From assembly GCF_009834535.1 (NCBI RefSeq), contig NC_045696.1:65970001-66034000 (forward strand): a stretch of 64,000 bases of DNA, written 5' to 3'. A program made the translations under genes and the position numbers. The DNA is from Camelus ferus (lineage: Eukaryota). The first letter of the stretch is position 1, and each line of letters starts with the position of its first letter. Below the pieces are notes generated by a model. The model was not told the DNA's origin. It did not search any database and worked only from the letters and a program-made list of their open reading frames with translations. Below, one piece after another: positions 51,060 to 63,539 of the stretch.

Positions 51060-51233
51060 GAGAAAAACAAGGTCCTACTGTATAGCACAGGAAACTATAT
51101 TCAATAACTTGTAATAACCTATACTGAAAAAGAAAATGAAACAGATATATATATATATATATATCTGAATCACTGTGCTGTATACCAGAAACTAACACAA
51201 CATTATTAATCAACTATACTTCAATTGAAAAAA
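51060..51233 (+). mobile_element. Short lineage-specific L1 3' stub with TSD
   Basis: 'aacaaggtcctactgtatagcacagg...tgaatcactgtgctgtataccagaaactaacaca...cttcaattg' plus A-tail; TSD agaagttaatgca (51047-51059) / agaagttaatgta (51234-51246). Confidence 0.93.
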
Positions 51234-52579
51234 AGAAGTTAATGTATGGAGAAAAATAACTCAGAATAAATGTATTTTTGCATAGATACATCTTCTGTGA
51301 AATATAGAGTTGGTCTAACCAGGCAAGTTTCTGGATCCTGACCTCAAATGTTTAAGTCAGAGTTTTTAAGGGCAAGGACTTCCCTCCCACCACCACTTTA
51401 TTTTTTGTTTTACAGGTGATCCTCTTGTATGTTACCTAGTTGAAAACCAGTGTCCAATGTAACAACTTAGTAGATGAGACAGAATCACTTTTTCATTTAA
51501 ACAAACAAACAAAACACAAAGATAAAATACACTGTGTCTCCCTGCCTGGCCAGCTATTATCTAGGGTATGTCTTTTTAACTTCTGATGATTCTGCATCTC
51601 ATTAACTTTGGATAAGCAATCACATTCTTGGAGTTTTCCATATAAAGGCAAATCCCTACCTTATCATGACATTTATGTATTTTATACGATTTAGTTAGCT
51701 CATAGAAAAAAATACTCCAAGCATGCAACCAGAGCATTTCATTCTTTAAAGTGAGATGCTCTTGGATACGTTTTCTTACCAGTCTTTAGCTGGATTTTTC
51801 TTCTTTTATGTCTTTAAGCTGTCAGTAAATTTTTCTCTGCCTCTACGTTTTGAGCTGAATCATAGCGCATAAACACATACCACCGATCCCAGTGAGTGTG
51901 CCTGTCAGCTTTGCTTAATCCTGTTCAAGTGCCTTCCCTGCTCTAACCACAAACCCTGAAGTAGCCAAACAGCAGTTGCTGCCTCCCATGCCTTCCGAAG
52001 AAAATTGCAAAGAATTAGTTCTTTAATTAATGCCTTCAATCTCCCTAGTCACTTTTGCATGATTGGCTCCTCCAGGGTCTTGAACATGAAGTCACACCTC
52101 TCAGTTGTGATGGTGGCTTACGAGGACAGGCTGCCAGATCCTGGATTGTGATGACGAGATTGCTGGGCTACCAGGCAAGCAACGGACTCAAGCTCCCTCT
52201 GGCTGTACACGATACAGAAGCGTAGGGATTTGAACAAATTGGGCTATGAAAATACCAGCCCTGGAGTTTGAAGGGTTCTAAGTCTTGAAATAATTGGATT
52301 TCTAAGCAGGTGTTGAAAAATATGGTAAAACATTTTAGACTTCTGAGGCGAGTTCCTGTTAGGGGTCATGCTTTCAGGGGGCTAGATTCTCCTTTTGAAG
52401 CTAAAGCAGTTTCCGTCGAAACAAGAAAGGGAATTCTTTCCCTGTAGATACCTAATTTCTTCCCTGCTTCTTCCAACCCAGGGGGTATACATCTGTTCTG
52501 AGTCCCTCGTGATTTCCTTTGCACGGAAAGAATAACTGTTCTACTCTACTTCACAACATCCCCAAGAAAAGATGCAGAT

Positions 52580-52582
52580 AAA

Positions 52583-52653
<71 letters not shown>
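52580..52653. repeat. Compound (A)n(AT)25(AC)6 microsatellite
   Basis: Read directly from the sequence. Confidence 0.97.
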
Positions 52654-53084
52654 TTTCTTGCTAGGTAATAAGCCACACTCTTAGGAAAAAAATACATTTT
52701 GTAAGGTTTAAAACTTTTTTGGAAAGTAGCCTTCTTGAGATACCATGATATCAACGTTATCAAAATGACTATCACTATCATTGTAACGATCATGTCACAG
52801 TTGCAGCAGTATTACTAACTTTCTCACAAAGTGAATAGGTTGTATTCAGGTGAATGGTTCTGTCTTATTAAGGCAAATCTTGGTTGATGTTTCAAGTTTA
52901 AAAGTAAGTCAATAAAATTTTGAAACTACTTTATTTCAGAACTAATGGTATTTTACTTAGGACACTGTATAATCATCTTTTTGAGGACAAACACCTGAAA
53001 GAATTACTGTATATCCCACAAATCTTTATTTTCTGAAAAGTGTCATTACCATCATCATCCCTTGAATATGATTAATTTTAGTAG

Positions 53085-53270
53085 TTTATAAATACTTTAG
53101 ATAAACGTTCATTCAGCAGTCCTGAAAATTCTGTTCAGCAGATGTTCCTGTCCTTATTTTACACATGGGAGCTAAAGCCAAAGAAAGACGACACGTGACT
53201 TGCCCTGTATAACAAAGTATTAAGCAGTGAAGGCAGAACTAGGACATTCGATTTCTGACTTGAGTGCATT
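53085..53270 (-). mobile_element. MIR SINE
   Basis: 'ccttattttacacatgggagctaaagcca...gtgacttgccc...ggcagaactagga...tttctgact'. Confidence 0.65.
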
Positions 53271-53629
53271 TATTAAGAAGAACTTATCCAAAGCAAATAA
53301 AATTGTGCAGTGGGGAAACAGGTGAGCAGCATCACATAAAGCCGCCCACTTTACCTGGCAGCCACCCAAGCTGCCAAGACTATTTATCGCGTGGTCACTA
53401 TATGTCTCGAGATTCTGCCACTCTTTATAGCACAAAAGGCTGTTTCAATCATAGATTTTTTTTTTTAACAAACTGGACATTTTCACTCCAGGGTGGGAGA
53501 CTCTCAGGTAGTGATGTAGTGTCCTGGGATGAAAGAGAATTAGCAGACTCAGGACCAAAGGTGGAAGCATGCAAAGCTTGTTTCTTGAGGAATCACGGTA
53601 TGTTACGGTGGGAAGAGACTGCTGTAGAG

Positions 53630-53760
53630 ATGTTCTTTACTCTTTATTCAAAGTCACACGGAAAACTGTCAACAGTGCCAGGACTTCTAATCAGATCCAA
53701 ATCTCCTGACTCGGTAGAGTGCTCTTTCTGCTGTCCTCCTCTATGCCATTGTATTCCTTT
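53630..53760 (-). mobile_element. MIR SINE fragment
   Basis: 'caaagtcacacgg...cagtgccaggact...ccaaatctcctgactc...gtgctctttctgctg'. Confidence 0.6.
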
Positions 53761-55309
53761 CCACTGTCCTCGTGTACAACTGAGCTCTCTGTATTACACA
53801 GATCGATAGCCCCCTGAACTCCAAGAGTGAGACTGAAAATTCCCCTGTTCACTTCAAGCTGAAATGAGAAAGTGAACCCCGCCCCACCAGAAACACTATT
53901 GGGGTTACAATTTATTTTTGGTCATATGAGTCTAGTTTCTACCTTCACTTTTGTGAGAAGACATCCAACAAATACCAGTTCTTCACCATATGATGCTAGT
54001 ATAAATACATCACTTACTGAAAATGCCAAAGCTCAAAAACACGGTCTCTTAGAGAAAGGACTACTTGTGATTCTGCAGATAATAAGCTTGTGTTAGCCAG
54101 CAATAGTTTCAGTGATTGTATCCATCATCATATTTACATTTCTATAATTAGTTGCAACTATTTGTGTGAAGTTAAGTCTCTAGTTTAATGCAGTCATTAT
54201 TAATAGTCAGTAAATAATAAGCTTGAATTCCACTGATGATGTTTGGAAAGTATTAAGTTTAAAAGAATACCTTTCTAATGGAGCTCTAATCTCAATCTAC
54301 CAACAGTTAGTGAACACCCACTTTTGGCAAGGAACTGGAACTGTAAAGGGGTAGAATTCATAGACCTCACCCTTAAAAAGCCTACAGTAAAGTTGAATCA
54401 AATGACATAATAATATTGAGCCCAGTGTTTAACAATATGACAGTAATATATGGTGATCCAGGTAGGGAACTGTAGGAGCTCAGAAAAGGAAGAGATTGCT
54501 ATTAACCCAGGGAAGAAAGACTGTGAGAACATATCACTTTCTTTAATAAAAATAAAGTCCATGACATATAGCAATATTTTATCTGTGAGAATGAATCCTA
54601 GAATTTAAGTGGATTTAAACTTGAGCATCTTGCTTCTAGTTTAGTCTCATTTCCCATGACATGTAAGGTCTTATTAGTCATAAATTTAGCAAAACCTTTA
54701 GAATCTTTTTCTCTCAAAAATCTATCTTCCTCTCTGCTTTTCTCTCAATATTATCTTATGTTTCCAGAAAGAAATTATATTTCCTTCCTGTTTTTCAGAG
54801 AATATTTGAGGATCATAAAATATTTGAATTAAAGTTTGGACTCGTTGTCATTAATATCTTCATGTACCATCATCATTTTGTTGCCTAGAAAAACAAGGAG
54901 CTGAGCACTGTAAAGCTGGTATGACTTCCCACAGGAGGTTTGTTCTTTTCATCGTCCAGCCATCCATTCAGCCATTTGCGTCTTCTTAGTGAGAGAAGAA
55001 CATCTTTAGCAATAGCCTACTTCTTACTAATGATAGCAGTTCTTTTAGGAAAGAAACTCCATGGATGTATTGAGTGGGAGACCCCTTGGCTCACTGAATA
55101 GTTGAAGTTGCAGGAGTCTTAACGAAGAGGTCCTTAATGAGTCCAGACTGATTCGTGGAGATGTTATTATGGTGTTAATGGGATTGGAAGGCCCCTTAAA
55201 AAGAGAGTAAGCAGCTTCACTACCAAAAAGGGCAATTTTTACAGGCAGAGATTGTTTCTGTACACTCTGTTACCACCTGCTTGTGCAGGTGTGTGTAGTC
55301 AACGAGAGA

Positions 55310-55695
55310 TAGGAGCATAAAATATGGCGAGTAAGAGCACAGACTGAAATCAAGGCCCATCGCTGCTATAAATCACAGAGTAATGAACTCGGTAGAGAAT
55401 CAGAGTCAGTGCAATGCAGTGATAAGAGGATGACTTGGGTTTTATTACAGATTAGATGAGTTAATATGATTGTGTTTTTAAAACCAGAGCCTGACAAACA
55501 ATAAGCACTGGAAAAGCATTAATTATTATTACTAATTTATTTGACACCCACCTTCCTCATCTGTAAAAAGGAAAGACAGATAATAAATACACTTACCTCA
55601 TATTATTGATTTGTAATTAAAGGAAATGGTATTGGTAGAGTGCCTAATACAGAGACAGCACATAGTGGGTCCACTTATTTTATTATTACTATTGT
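55310..55695 (+). mobile_element. Two adjacent MIR fragments
   Basis: 'gtaagagcacagactgaaatc...gattagatgagttaatatg...gagcctgacaaacaataagcact'; 'ttcctcatctgtaaaa...acctcata...gcacatagtggg'. Confidence 0.7.
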
Positions 55696-58600
55696 TATAT
55701 GGAGCATTGATTTTATTAAAATTTAATAGTTTAAAATATGGCTGGTTGCCTGATGTATTTGAGTGTCTTGTTAAATAACGTACAGGCCAATGAGCTCATG
55801 GTTCTCTAAAGGCCAGCAGCCTCTTTCTGTATCTAAATCTGGATGCGGTCATCAGAGCTCCTTCTGGTAATTCTCTCTTCTGAATAGCAAAGGAGCCTGG
55901 AGTGTCATTTAGGAGATTAAATGTTCTTTAGTAGTACAACTGGGCAAGGAAAAATAAAGTTTATATTAGTTTCAAAAGGTTATCCTCCAATGTGTTGCTT
56001 CTCTTTTTGACAAAAACGACTCTCCTGGGTGACAAATGCATCAAGGAAAGTTCATTGAAACCATTACTTTGTCATGGAAATAAGTAAGGAAGTAATCCAG
56101 TAGGAAGGGAAATATAGCAACTTGTTTCATAGGAAATTCTTTTTGGAAAAATCCACAGGGAAATCTCTATTTTCCCTTCAAAGGGTCTTCTGGCTGTGGT
56201 AAAAAATATTTCTAGGAGTAGTCTCTGTTGTCTGGGAGACTGCTACTTTTCCTCACCAGCCTTTAGCAGTAGACTTGGTCTGTACAGAAACAAAATGGGA
56301 CCAGAGACAAAGACAAAGCACAATCTCATGGGCTCCTTTTTGATATGAAGGCTATTCTAGGTACTGCCCATCTTGGACTGAAAATACTCAAACTCAGCTT
56401 CATAGAAAGAAAGAACCAGGTATTACAAAGTTGGTCATCTCATCTAAAGAGATGGCTTGTGCACGCAACAAGTAGCAGAGCAAGAAGTAAGCAATGTATT
56501 TGCTCTGGAAGGATTCTGTCACTTCACTGGAGTGATACACTTGAAACCAGATAGCCATCATGACTTTCCAACAGATGAGGTCAGACAAAGAAACACAAAC
56601 TGTGGATTGAGGATGGTCTAATGGATGTTCTTTTTATAGGGTTAAATGGGTGTCTCAGTCATTCAGAAATTCTTAAAACAATAATAAATATTCACAGGTG
56701 CTCTACTTTTTAAGTCATGTGAATGGATTAATTGCTCTAATGTGATTTACTGACTGAAGAAGTCGGTAAGACATTCTTAGGAATATAGATTAGACTCTGA
56801 CCTTTTTTATAGAAACTCCCCCTCATGTGAGTTTCATTGACACTTAACCAGTAGACTCTAAATCTAGAGATTAACCATTTTCTCCAGCTTAAGAAAAATG
56901 TGATGACATTTTCAGTGAACCATCAGGGCCAAGGTTAAAGAGAAGTTCATATGTGAGCAAATATCAAACGTGGCTTTTCCAGGTAATTGATTCATACCAG
57001 TTCATTGACTAGTAGTAGCTTAAAAGATGGACAGTTTCTCTGCATAATATTAATAATGTCTTGAGTTTGGCCACAATGTTGAGTTTCATTTAATATACTC
57101 TGTTGGGTTGAAAAAAACAACAAATATTAATCTTTTGGATTAATTTAACTGGGACTGTGGATTCAGTTAGTGACCAAAGCATACTTAGGTCCAGTCTCCC
57201 TTCCACTTCATGGCAGACGTCAGAAGGAGACAAGCTTCTCAAGTAAAGGAATCAAACTGTGACATCCCTGCAGCAATATTTAGAGGGCTTTTCTTAGGAA
57301 GTCGGACACATTCCAACATCAAAACCTCAGATGAAAGAATTAAGTTGCTTCAACCCCATAATTTTTATACATATCACAAGCAGAATGGAAACTTATCTTT
57401 TTTCCCTGAGGAGACTCTGGGAAATTAAGGCACCTACATACGAATCACAAAATGCCACAGTCAGAGGTCCCCCGTGTATCCCAAGATGACACATTGAAAG
57501 AGGAATTATTTGCCCTTTATTGACATCTCTTGGTTATATGGCTAATATTAACTTGTTTAAATGACTATTTCCACATAATCTTGCAAACTGACTATAGAGG
57601 TCTCAGTTTTTTCTCCCTCCTTCCTAACCTCTAACTTTTCAGATCTGTGATGAAAATTTGACATAAATAATGCAGGAATGTTTACTGCATCTCATAACAA
57701 AGGGACTCAGATGACCAAACATTATTAAAAGAAATGTATTAACTCTCCCAAACGACATTCTTTCAACCACAACCATGTATGCAAACACAGTCAAGAGTTA
57801 TATCTTGTGACAGGGAGATAAATACACCTGAGATCAAAGAAATTATTTTTGTAAATCTTTAAGTGTTCAGCCAAAAAGTCACAAATCTATAGCATGCTGA
57901 GATTCTTCAATGTGAATGTTCACTTACCTACCCTTACGGGGTCTTTCTAGAAGGAACATTCTGAGGGAAGGAATTATTATACAGTCATGTTTGAACTCAC
58001 AATAGACCTGGTACATGGTTAGTGTTCAGCAAGTATCTTGGATTAAGTAATGTTATTTATCTTGGTGTTCTATCTTTTGATACAGTATCTAACCACAGTA
58101 GGTGCTCATTGGCTTAGAGTTTTTATAGTGAATAAGTGATGACAACAAATAACTTCTGCCTTCCAATTCCATATTGCAGTTCTGTGCCCAGCATTATGAT
58201 TGTCCTTGGGTACAGGTAAGATGAAACCAATCCCAAAGATAGACTAGAACCTCCTTGATCGTCAAAGCCTGCTGCATACTTTGTTCCTGATACATGGCTG
58301 TTGCAGTCTAATCCTTTGCAGTCATTGAGATATGACAGAACTCCATCAGAAAAAAGCTTCAGCCACTTAAGGGGGAAAAAAGCAGTAAATAATGGAGAGT
58401 AATTCTGCTTTTCCATCTTATACACAGGTTAGGTAAAAGAAATGGAAGACAATACATGAGGACCAAGGGTCTACAAACACTCTAAGATAAGTGAAATAGC
58501 ACACTTGACTCACTCTGGGAGGAGAGCAAACATAATAGCTCACGCTTGGCTTCTCAAGTGTGACTGGGTGTTCTTTTATGGGTTTGTTGTCCTTCTGGTT

Positions 58601-58839
58601 TTATAGTGCAAAAGAGCAGAAGCTTCAGGTGACAACATGACTTCCTTGCTAGAGGCCCCTTTAGCAAAGCCCTCTTTGCTCAGGGAGGCCAAGAGGACAG
58701 CCTTGGGAAAGACCTTGTTGGTGAGCATTTTAACCTTAGTACAATAGGATATCTCAGTTATAAAAATGTTTCAATGAGAAACGACCAAAATATTTCACTG
58801 AGACATATTCGTGACTATGATGTATCTTAATTGGCCTAA

Positions 58840-59040
58840 TATGTAATGAACACTTCCTGGGCACCTATTATGTACTTGACATGGTGCTTTTGCTTGTATA
58901 TCCAATCTCTTCCTTAATCCTAGTAACAATTCTATAGGGTACAGTGAAAGATAATGAGGCTTAGAATAGAGAAGTAACTTGTCCTATATTATATATCTAG
59001 TCAGTGGTAAATATGCTTTTCATTTTAACACAACTGTTGA
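58840..59040 (-). mobile_element. MIR SINE
   Basis: 'ctgggcacctattatgtact...ttaatcctagtaacaattctata...tgaggcttaga...aagtaacttgtcc'. Confidence 0.75.
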
Positions 59041-59160
59041 AATGGTCTCTTTTAGATGGCAATCCTCCACACTTCTTTGTTTAGTCCTCTCTTCTAACAC
59101 ACACACATACACACCCCACATTTCATTACCACCAGACTTGGCTTTGCCCTCATGATTGTT

Positions 59161-59169
59161 AAAAAACAA

Positions 59170-59200
<31 letters not shown>

Positions 59201-59210
59201 CAAAAAAACA
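59161..59210. repeat. (CAAAA)n A-rich repeat inside an L2-like remnant (~59060-59480)
   Basis: Read directly; flanked by L2-like 'ctgtcactgccctgct...caatagctcc...gccttcaaggtgcttca'. Confidence 0.8.
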
Positions 59211-60266
59211 GAACCTGTCACTGCCCTGCTGAATAACCACCAATAGCTCCTTAATGCTCATGAAAAACATTGCTCTGTTAGCCTTCAAGGTGCTTCACCA
59301 ACCCCAAACCTTTCTATCCCATGAATTCTACGTCTCTGCCAAACCCATTTCCCTAATATATCTTCAGCAGTTTGCTCACATGGCTTCCTCAATTTGAAGT
59401 CCTCCTCACCCAATTCTACAACTGACATACAAACCCATTTATCATTTAAGACAATTCAAATTTCCCTCTATTTAGGACATAATATGACTGAGGAAAGATT
59501 CAAATACCTCTGTCTTAAGCATTAAATGACAAAGATAAAACCTCAAGAAGGAACACTATAAAGGTAGTGATGGTGGTCATTGAAGACAAACAACAAAAAC
59601 AAAAGCAAAACCCAGAAAAACCCAATAAAGGATATCATGGTGTACAGACAGTCAGGGCTAAGAAATGAGCAAATAAATCCTGGTTTGAGGCTTCTGAGGC
59701 TGTTCTCTCTCCATGTAAAAAATGTATGTTGTCTGTTCATTTTACTACGTATCATAGTACTTTTCAAATAAAGTTATGAGTTCTTTGAAGAGTTCCATCT
59801 CTACAAACATTTATTGATTATTTCTCTTCCTTCACCCTCCTCAGTTCATCTATAGTTCACTAAAGGCCAAAACATCAGAGGATTTAGATCTCGCCTTTTT
59901 CCTTGCATCAACTAGGTAAGGTACCTGTTTCTAGATGTGTAAAATTGTACAATACTACTTGCCTACGTGCCTCACATAGTTGTTTGTGTGAATCAAACTG
60001 TTTAATTTATTCAAATGCCTTTACAGCGTATTTACATATGTCAAGCATTATTCTATGAGAAAAGTTGATTGGAACATTTTGTACATGATTTAGTCCCTCG
60101 TAATATAGTCAACAGTGGGTGTAAAAGCCTTTTGAAAACTCTAAATTGCTTCACATGGGTAAGGAATTATCATCAATAAAGGTGCATAAGGAATACATAC
60201 AATACATATACTAACCTTTGAGGTCAATGCCTAACAATTCCATATGTTTTCCAACAACTTGTCCTT

Positions 60267-61182
60267 GTTTTTATATATATGTACATATATAGTAATATAC
60301 GTATGTTTTTCAGATCTTTTTTATTTTAGGTTATTATAAGATATTGAATATAGTCCCCTGTGCTACACAGTAAATCCTCTTTGTTTATATATTTCATATA
60401 TACTAGTGTGTACCTGCTAATCCCAAACTCCCAATTCATCCGTCTCCCGCTCCCCTTTGGTAACTGTAAGTTGGTTTTCTATGTTTGTGAGTCTGCTTCT
60501 GTTTTGTAAATAAGTTCATTTGTATCATTTTTTAGATTCCACATATAAGTGACATCGTATAATATTTGTCTTTCTCTGCCTGACTTCATTTAGTATGATA
60601 ATCTCCAGGTCCACCCATGTTGCTGCAAATGCCATTATTTCATTCTTTCTGTGGCTGTTCCCTTGTATATATACACCACATATTCTTTATCCACTTATCT
60701 GTCAATAGACATCATATTGCTTCCATGTCTTGGCTATTGTAAATAGTGCTGCTATGAACAGTAGGGTGCTTGTATCTTTTTGAATTAAAAAGTATTCATC
60801 TTTTCTGGATATATGCCCAGGAATGGGATTGCTGGATCATATGATAATTACATTGTTTAGTTTTTTAAGGCACTTCTGTACTGTTTTCCATAGTGGCTGC
60901 ACCAGTTTACATTCCCACCAGCAGTGCAGGAGGCTCCCTTTTGTCCACAGCCTCTCCAGCGCTTAGTATCTGTACGCTTTTTAATGATGCTTATTCTGAC
61001 CGGTGTGAGGTGATAGCTCATTGTAGCTTCGATTTGCATTTCTCTAATAATTAGTGATATTGAGCATCTTCTCATGTGCCTGTTGGCTGTCTGTATGTCA
61101 TCTCTGGAGAAATGTCTGGTTAGGTCTTTGGCCCATTTTTTGATTGGGTTGTTTGTTTGTTTCACGTTGAACTGTATAAGCG
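60267..61182 (-). mobile_element. Lineage-specific L1: ORF2 C-terminus plus 3' UTR, 5'-truncated, with TSD
   Basis: Peptide [19 protein letters not shown]...YHLTPVR...RWRGCGQKG...[18 protein letters not shown] ccaacaacttgtcctt (60251-60266) / ccaacaacttgacctt (61183-61198). Confidence 0.95.
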
Positions 61183-62074
61183 CCAACAACTTGACCTTTA
61201 GAGAGGCTTTTGTAATTATAAAAAAAAAAAAAAAGTCTGCAGAATAAGATCCATTGCTTATTGGTATCAATTTCTTAAGTTCTTATAAATGTGCTTAGTC
61301 CTAGTTTCAATAGTGAGACTTCTACAAAAGATATAATTAGTAGCTATCACTAGTAGTCAACATCTAGGTATTTTTGGTTTTGTGGAGTACTAAAATTAGT
61401 ATGATTATTTTCTATAGTTTCCTAAAGAACTCTCTGGAGTCATAATTCACATGTGATGGATCTGGATCCACTCATGATTTTCTTTGAGGACAGCTTCCTA
61501 TGGTGGTATTGGAAGAAGAAAAAAATCTTTAGCAGATTAGAATGAGCAGACTCTGCCATCTGACTGCCCGTACACTTTCTTCACTAGCATCTTCATTCTG
61601 ATTTAAGTGTCAACAGCACAACAGGGCGACAGGCTAATCAGTATTTCCCCTCCAGTCATTAGTCTGTGGCCATCTTGGAGTCTGCCCTTACACACATCTA
61701 CTTGCAACTGCGTGCTTAGAAAGCACGTAACTCTTCTCAGTTTTGGGGATGTTTCATTTTCGAGTCCTTTCACGGTAATCACTATATAGCTCATACAACA
61801 GACATTTAATTCACATATTTTCATGTTCTGTTCTTTGCTTCCTGTGGTACATGTAGACCACTGTTTGCCTCACAACAGCTGGTATTTACTCAGGAAAAAT
61901 AGTTCAGCTTCAATTAAAAAAAAAAATCTTATGAAAGCAAATCTGATCCTACTCAAGGACATTCATCTTATCAAAAATAAAAATAAAAATTACATGTCTT
62001 AAGGTTTACATTTTTGAAAAAATTTGCAGAGCTTTTGAGAATGTTTGAAAATTATTTGAAACCCAAGTTTTAGA

Positions 62075-62255
62075 ACAGAGGGCCATAGAATATTAAGCCA
62101 GAAAGATCTATAGAAATTGTTCCAGTTCAATCTCTGCACTGCAGAAATAGTGAAAGTCCTTTCTTTTTCTATTTGACTTGAGTAAAGTGATTCATAAACT
62201 TGGTGGCAAAGTGCAAGCATCCTGATACTGTCTCAGTTCACTTTACTGTCTCACA
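62075..62255 (-). mobile_element. MIR SINE
   Basis: 'catagaatattaagccagaaagatctatagaaattgttccagttcaa...gacttg...tggtggcaaag'. Confidence 0.6.
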
Positions 62256-62489
62256 TCGACTGGGTTCTTAAAATCTCATTTTGTTAATTCAGAAGAACAC
62301 ATTCTCATCTCCATAATATGCTTCTAAAATTTGCAGTTGGAATTAGATGCAAATATATATGGAAAGGTATGACTTTTCAAATTCTTTAGGTTGCTTTTCT
62401 GATTACCTAGATATTATGTGTAGGAAATCTGAAACATTGCAGGAAGCACAAGGCACTTAATTGACACGAGGAGTATAGATTTTGCGAGA

Positions 62490-63000
62490 CCTCTTAAGGA
62501 AGTGATTTATTTGATGAGTTAGAAGGAAGATTATGTGGTAGCCACAGATTGGTGGTCATGGAAAGAGTATTCTAGGCAGACAAAATAGCATAAGCAAAAT
62601 ACCTAAAGCAGGAAATACCTCTGGACTTTCAAGGATTGGAAATACAACCATTATGGCTGGAGCATAATGAATGAAATAAAAACAAAGATTGAAAAAATAG
62701 GTAGAAATCACCCTATGCAGGTCTTGTGGACAATGTTAAAGATTCATATCCTACTTTTTTGTTGTTATGAAAAAACTTTACAACATTTTAAGCAGAAAAG
62801 GACATGATACATTAAAAAAAATTCCTTCTGTGTTCTACATGCATTATGTTTATAAAGTGAACGAGAAGGATGAGAGGTCGTCAGGTAGAAAGCTACATCA
62901 TTAACCTAGGAGAACATGGGTATTTGGAGAGTATAAAGGTGGTAAGGAATTGGAAAGAAATGCACAAACTTGAATTTTAGTTTGGATGTAGAACAGATGT
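62490..63000 (-). mobile_element. L2 LINE fragment
   Basis: 'ggaaagagtattctaggcagacaaaatagcataagcaaa...tatggctggagcata...tgcaggtcttgtgg...ttttaagcag'. Confidence 0.8.
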
Positions 63001-63199
63001 AGAATTCACTTCCCTTGTTAAAAGGATTGGAACTGTTCAGTTAAAGTTATGTAATCCAGTAATATTGTTTTTAATGCTAAATTATCTTTGATTCTTTCTT
63101 CATCCATGTATATAGGAAACTGTCAGATCCTCATAAACTATCCGAGAAGCTGTTTTCTACGCATGCATCTGCTGTCTGGGCCACACATCTTCAGTACAA

Positions 63200-63385
63200 A
63201 TTCTTTGAGATCAGCCTCCTTTGTGTTCAAATCCTGACTTATCCACTCTGTAGTTATGAGAACGTGGACAACTCATAAAACCCCTTAAGTGTCACTTTTA
63301 TGAAGATAGGATTAATACCCTACACTCACTTAACCCCATCTTAGTTTGCTGTAAAGCTTAGTAAGGTAATGGAGGCATACCATTT
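63200..63385 (+). mobile_element. MIR SINE
   Basis: 'gttcaaatcctgactt...tagttatgagaacgtggacaac...tgaagataggattaata'. Confidence 0.6.
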
Positions 63386-63539
63386 CAAAAAAAAAAAGCA
63401 TTTTGATCACACATCTCCCTCGATGGAAAAAAAAGAACACTTAAAATACACTAAAAAGATGTCTTAAGGCATTAAACACAGAATGACAATATTGAAAGTG
63501 TCTTTTCTTACAATCTGACCAGCCTAAGGAGAAAGGCTA

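Noticed and set aside
53264..53809. Longest ORF in the track (181 aa)
   Set aside because: Starts at GTG, overlaps MIR remnants, has no recognisable domain or exon structure; consistent with chance
56918..56960. GTGATGA box C-like motif (also ~52146), possible C/D snoRNA
   Set aside because: No properly placed CTGA box D with a terminal stem
60857..61270. 137-aa ORF with clear protein homology
   Set aside because: It is the C-terminus of a truncated L1 ORF2, not a host gene
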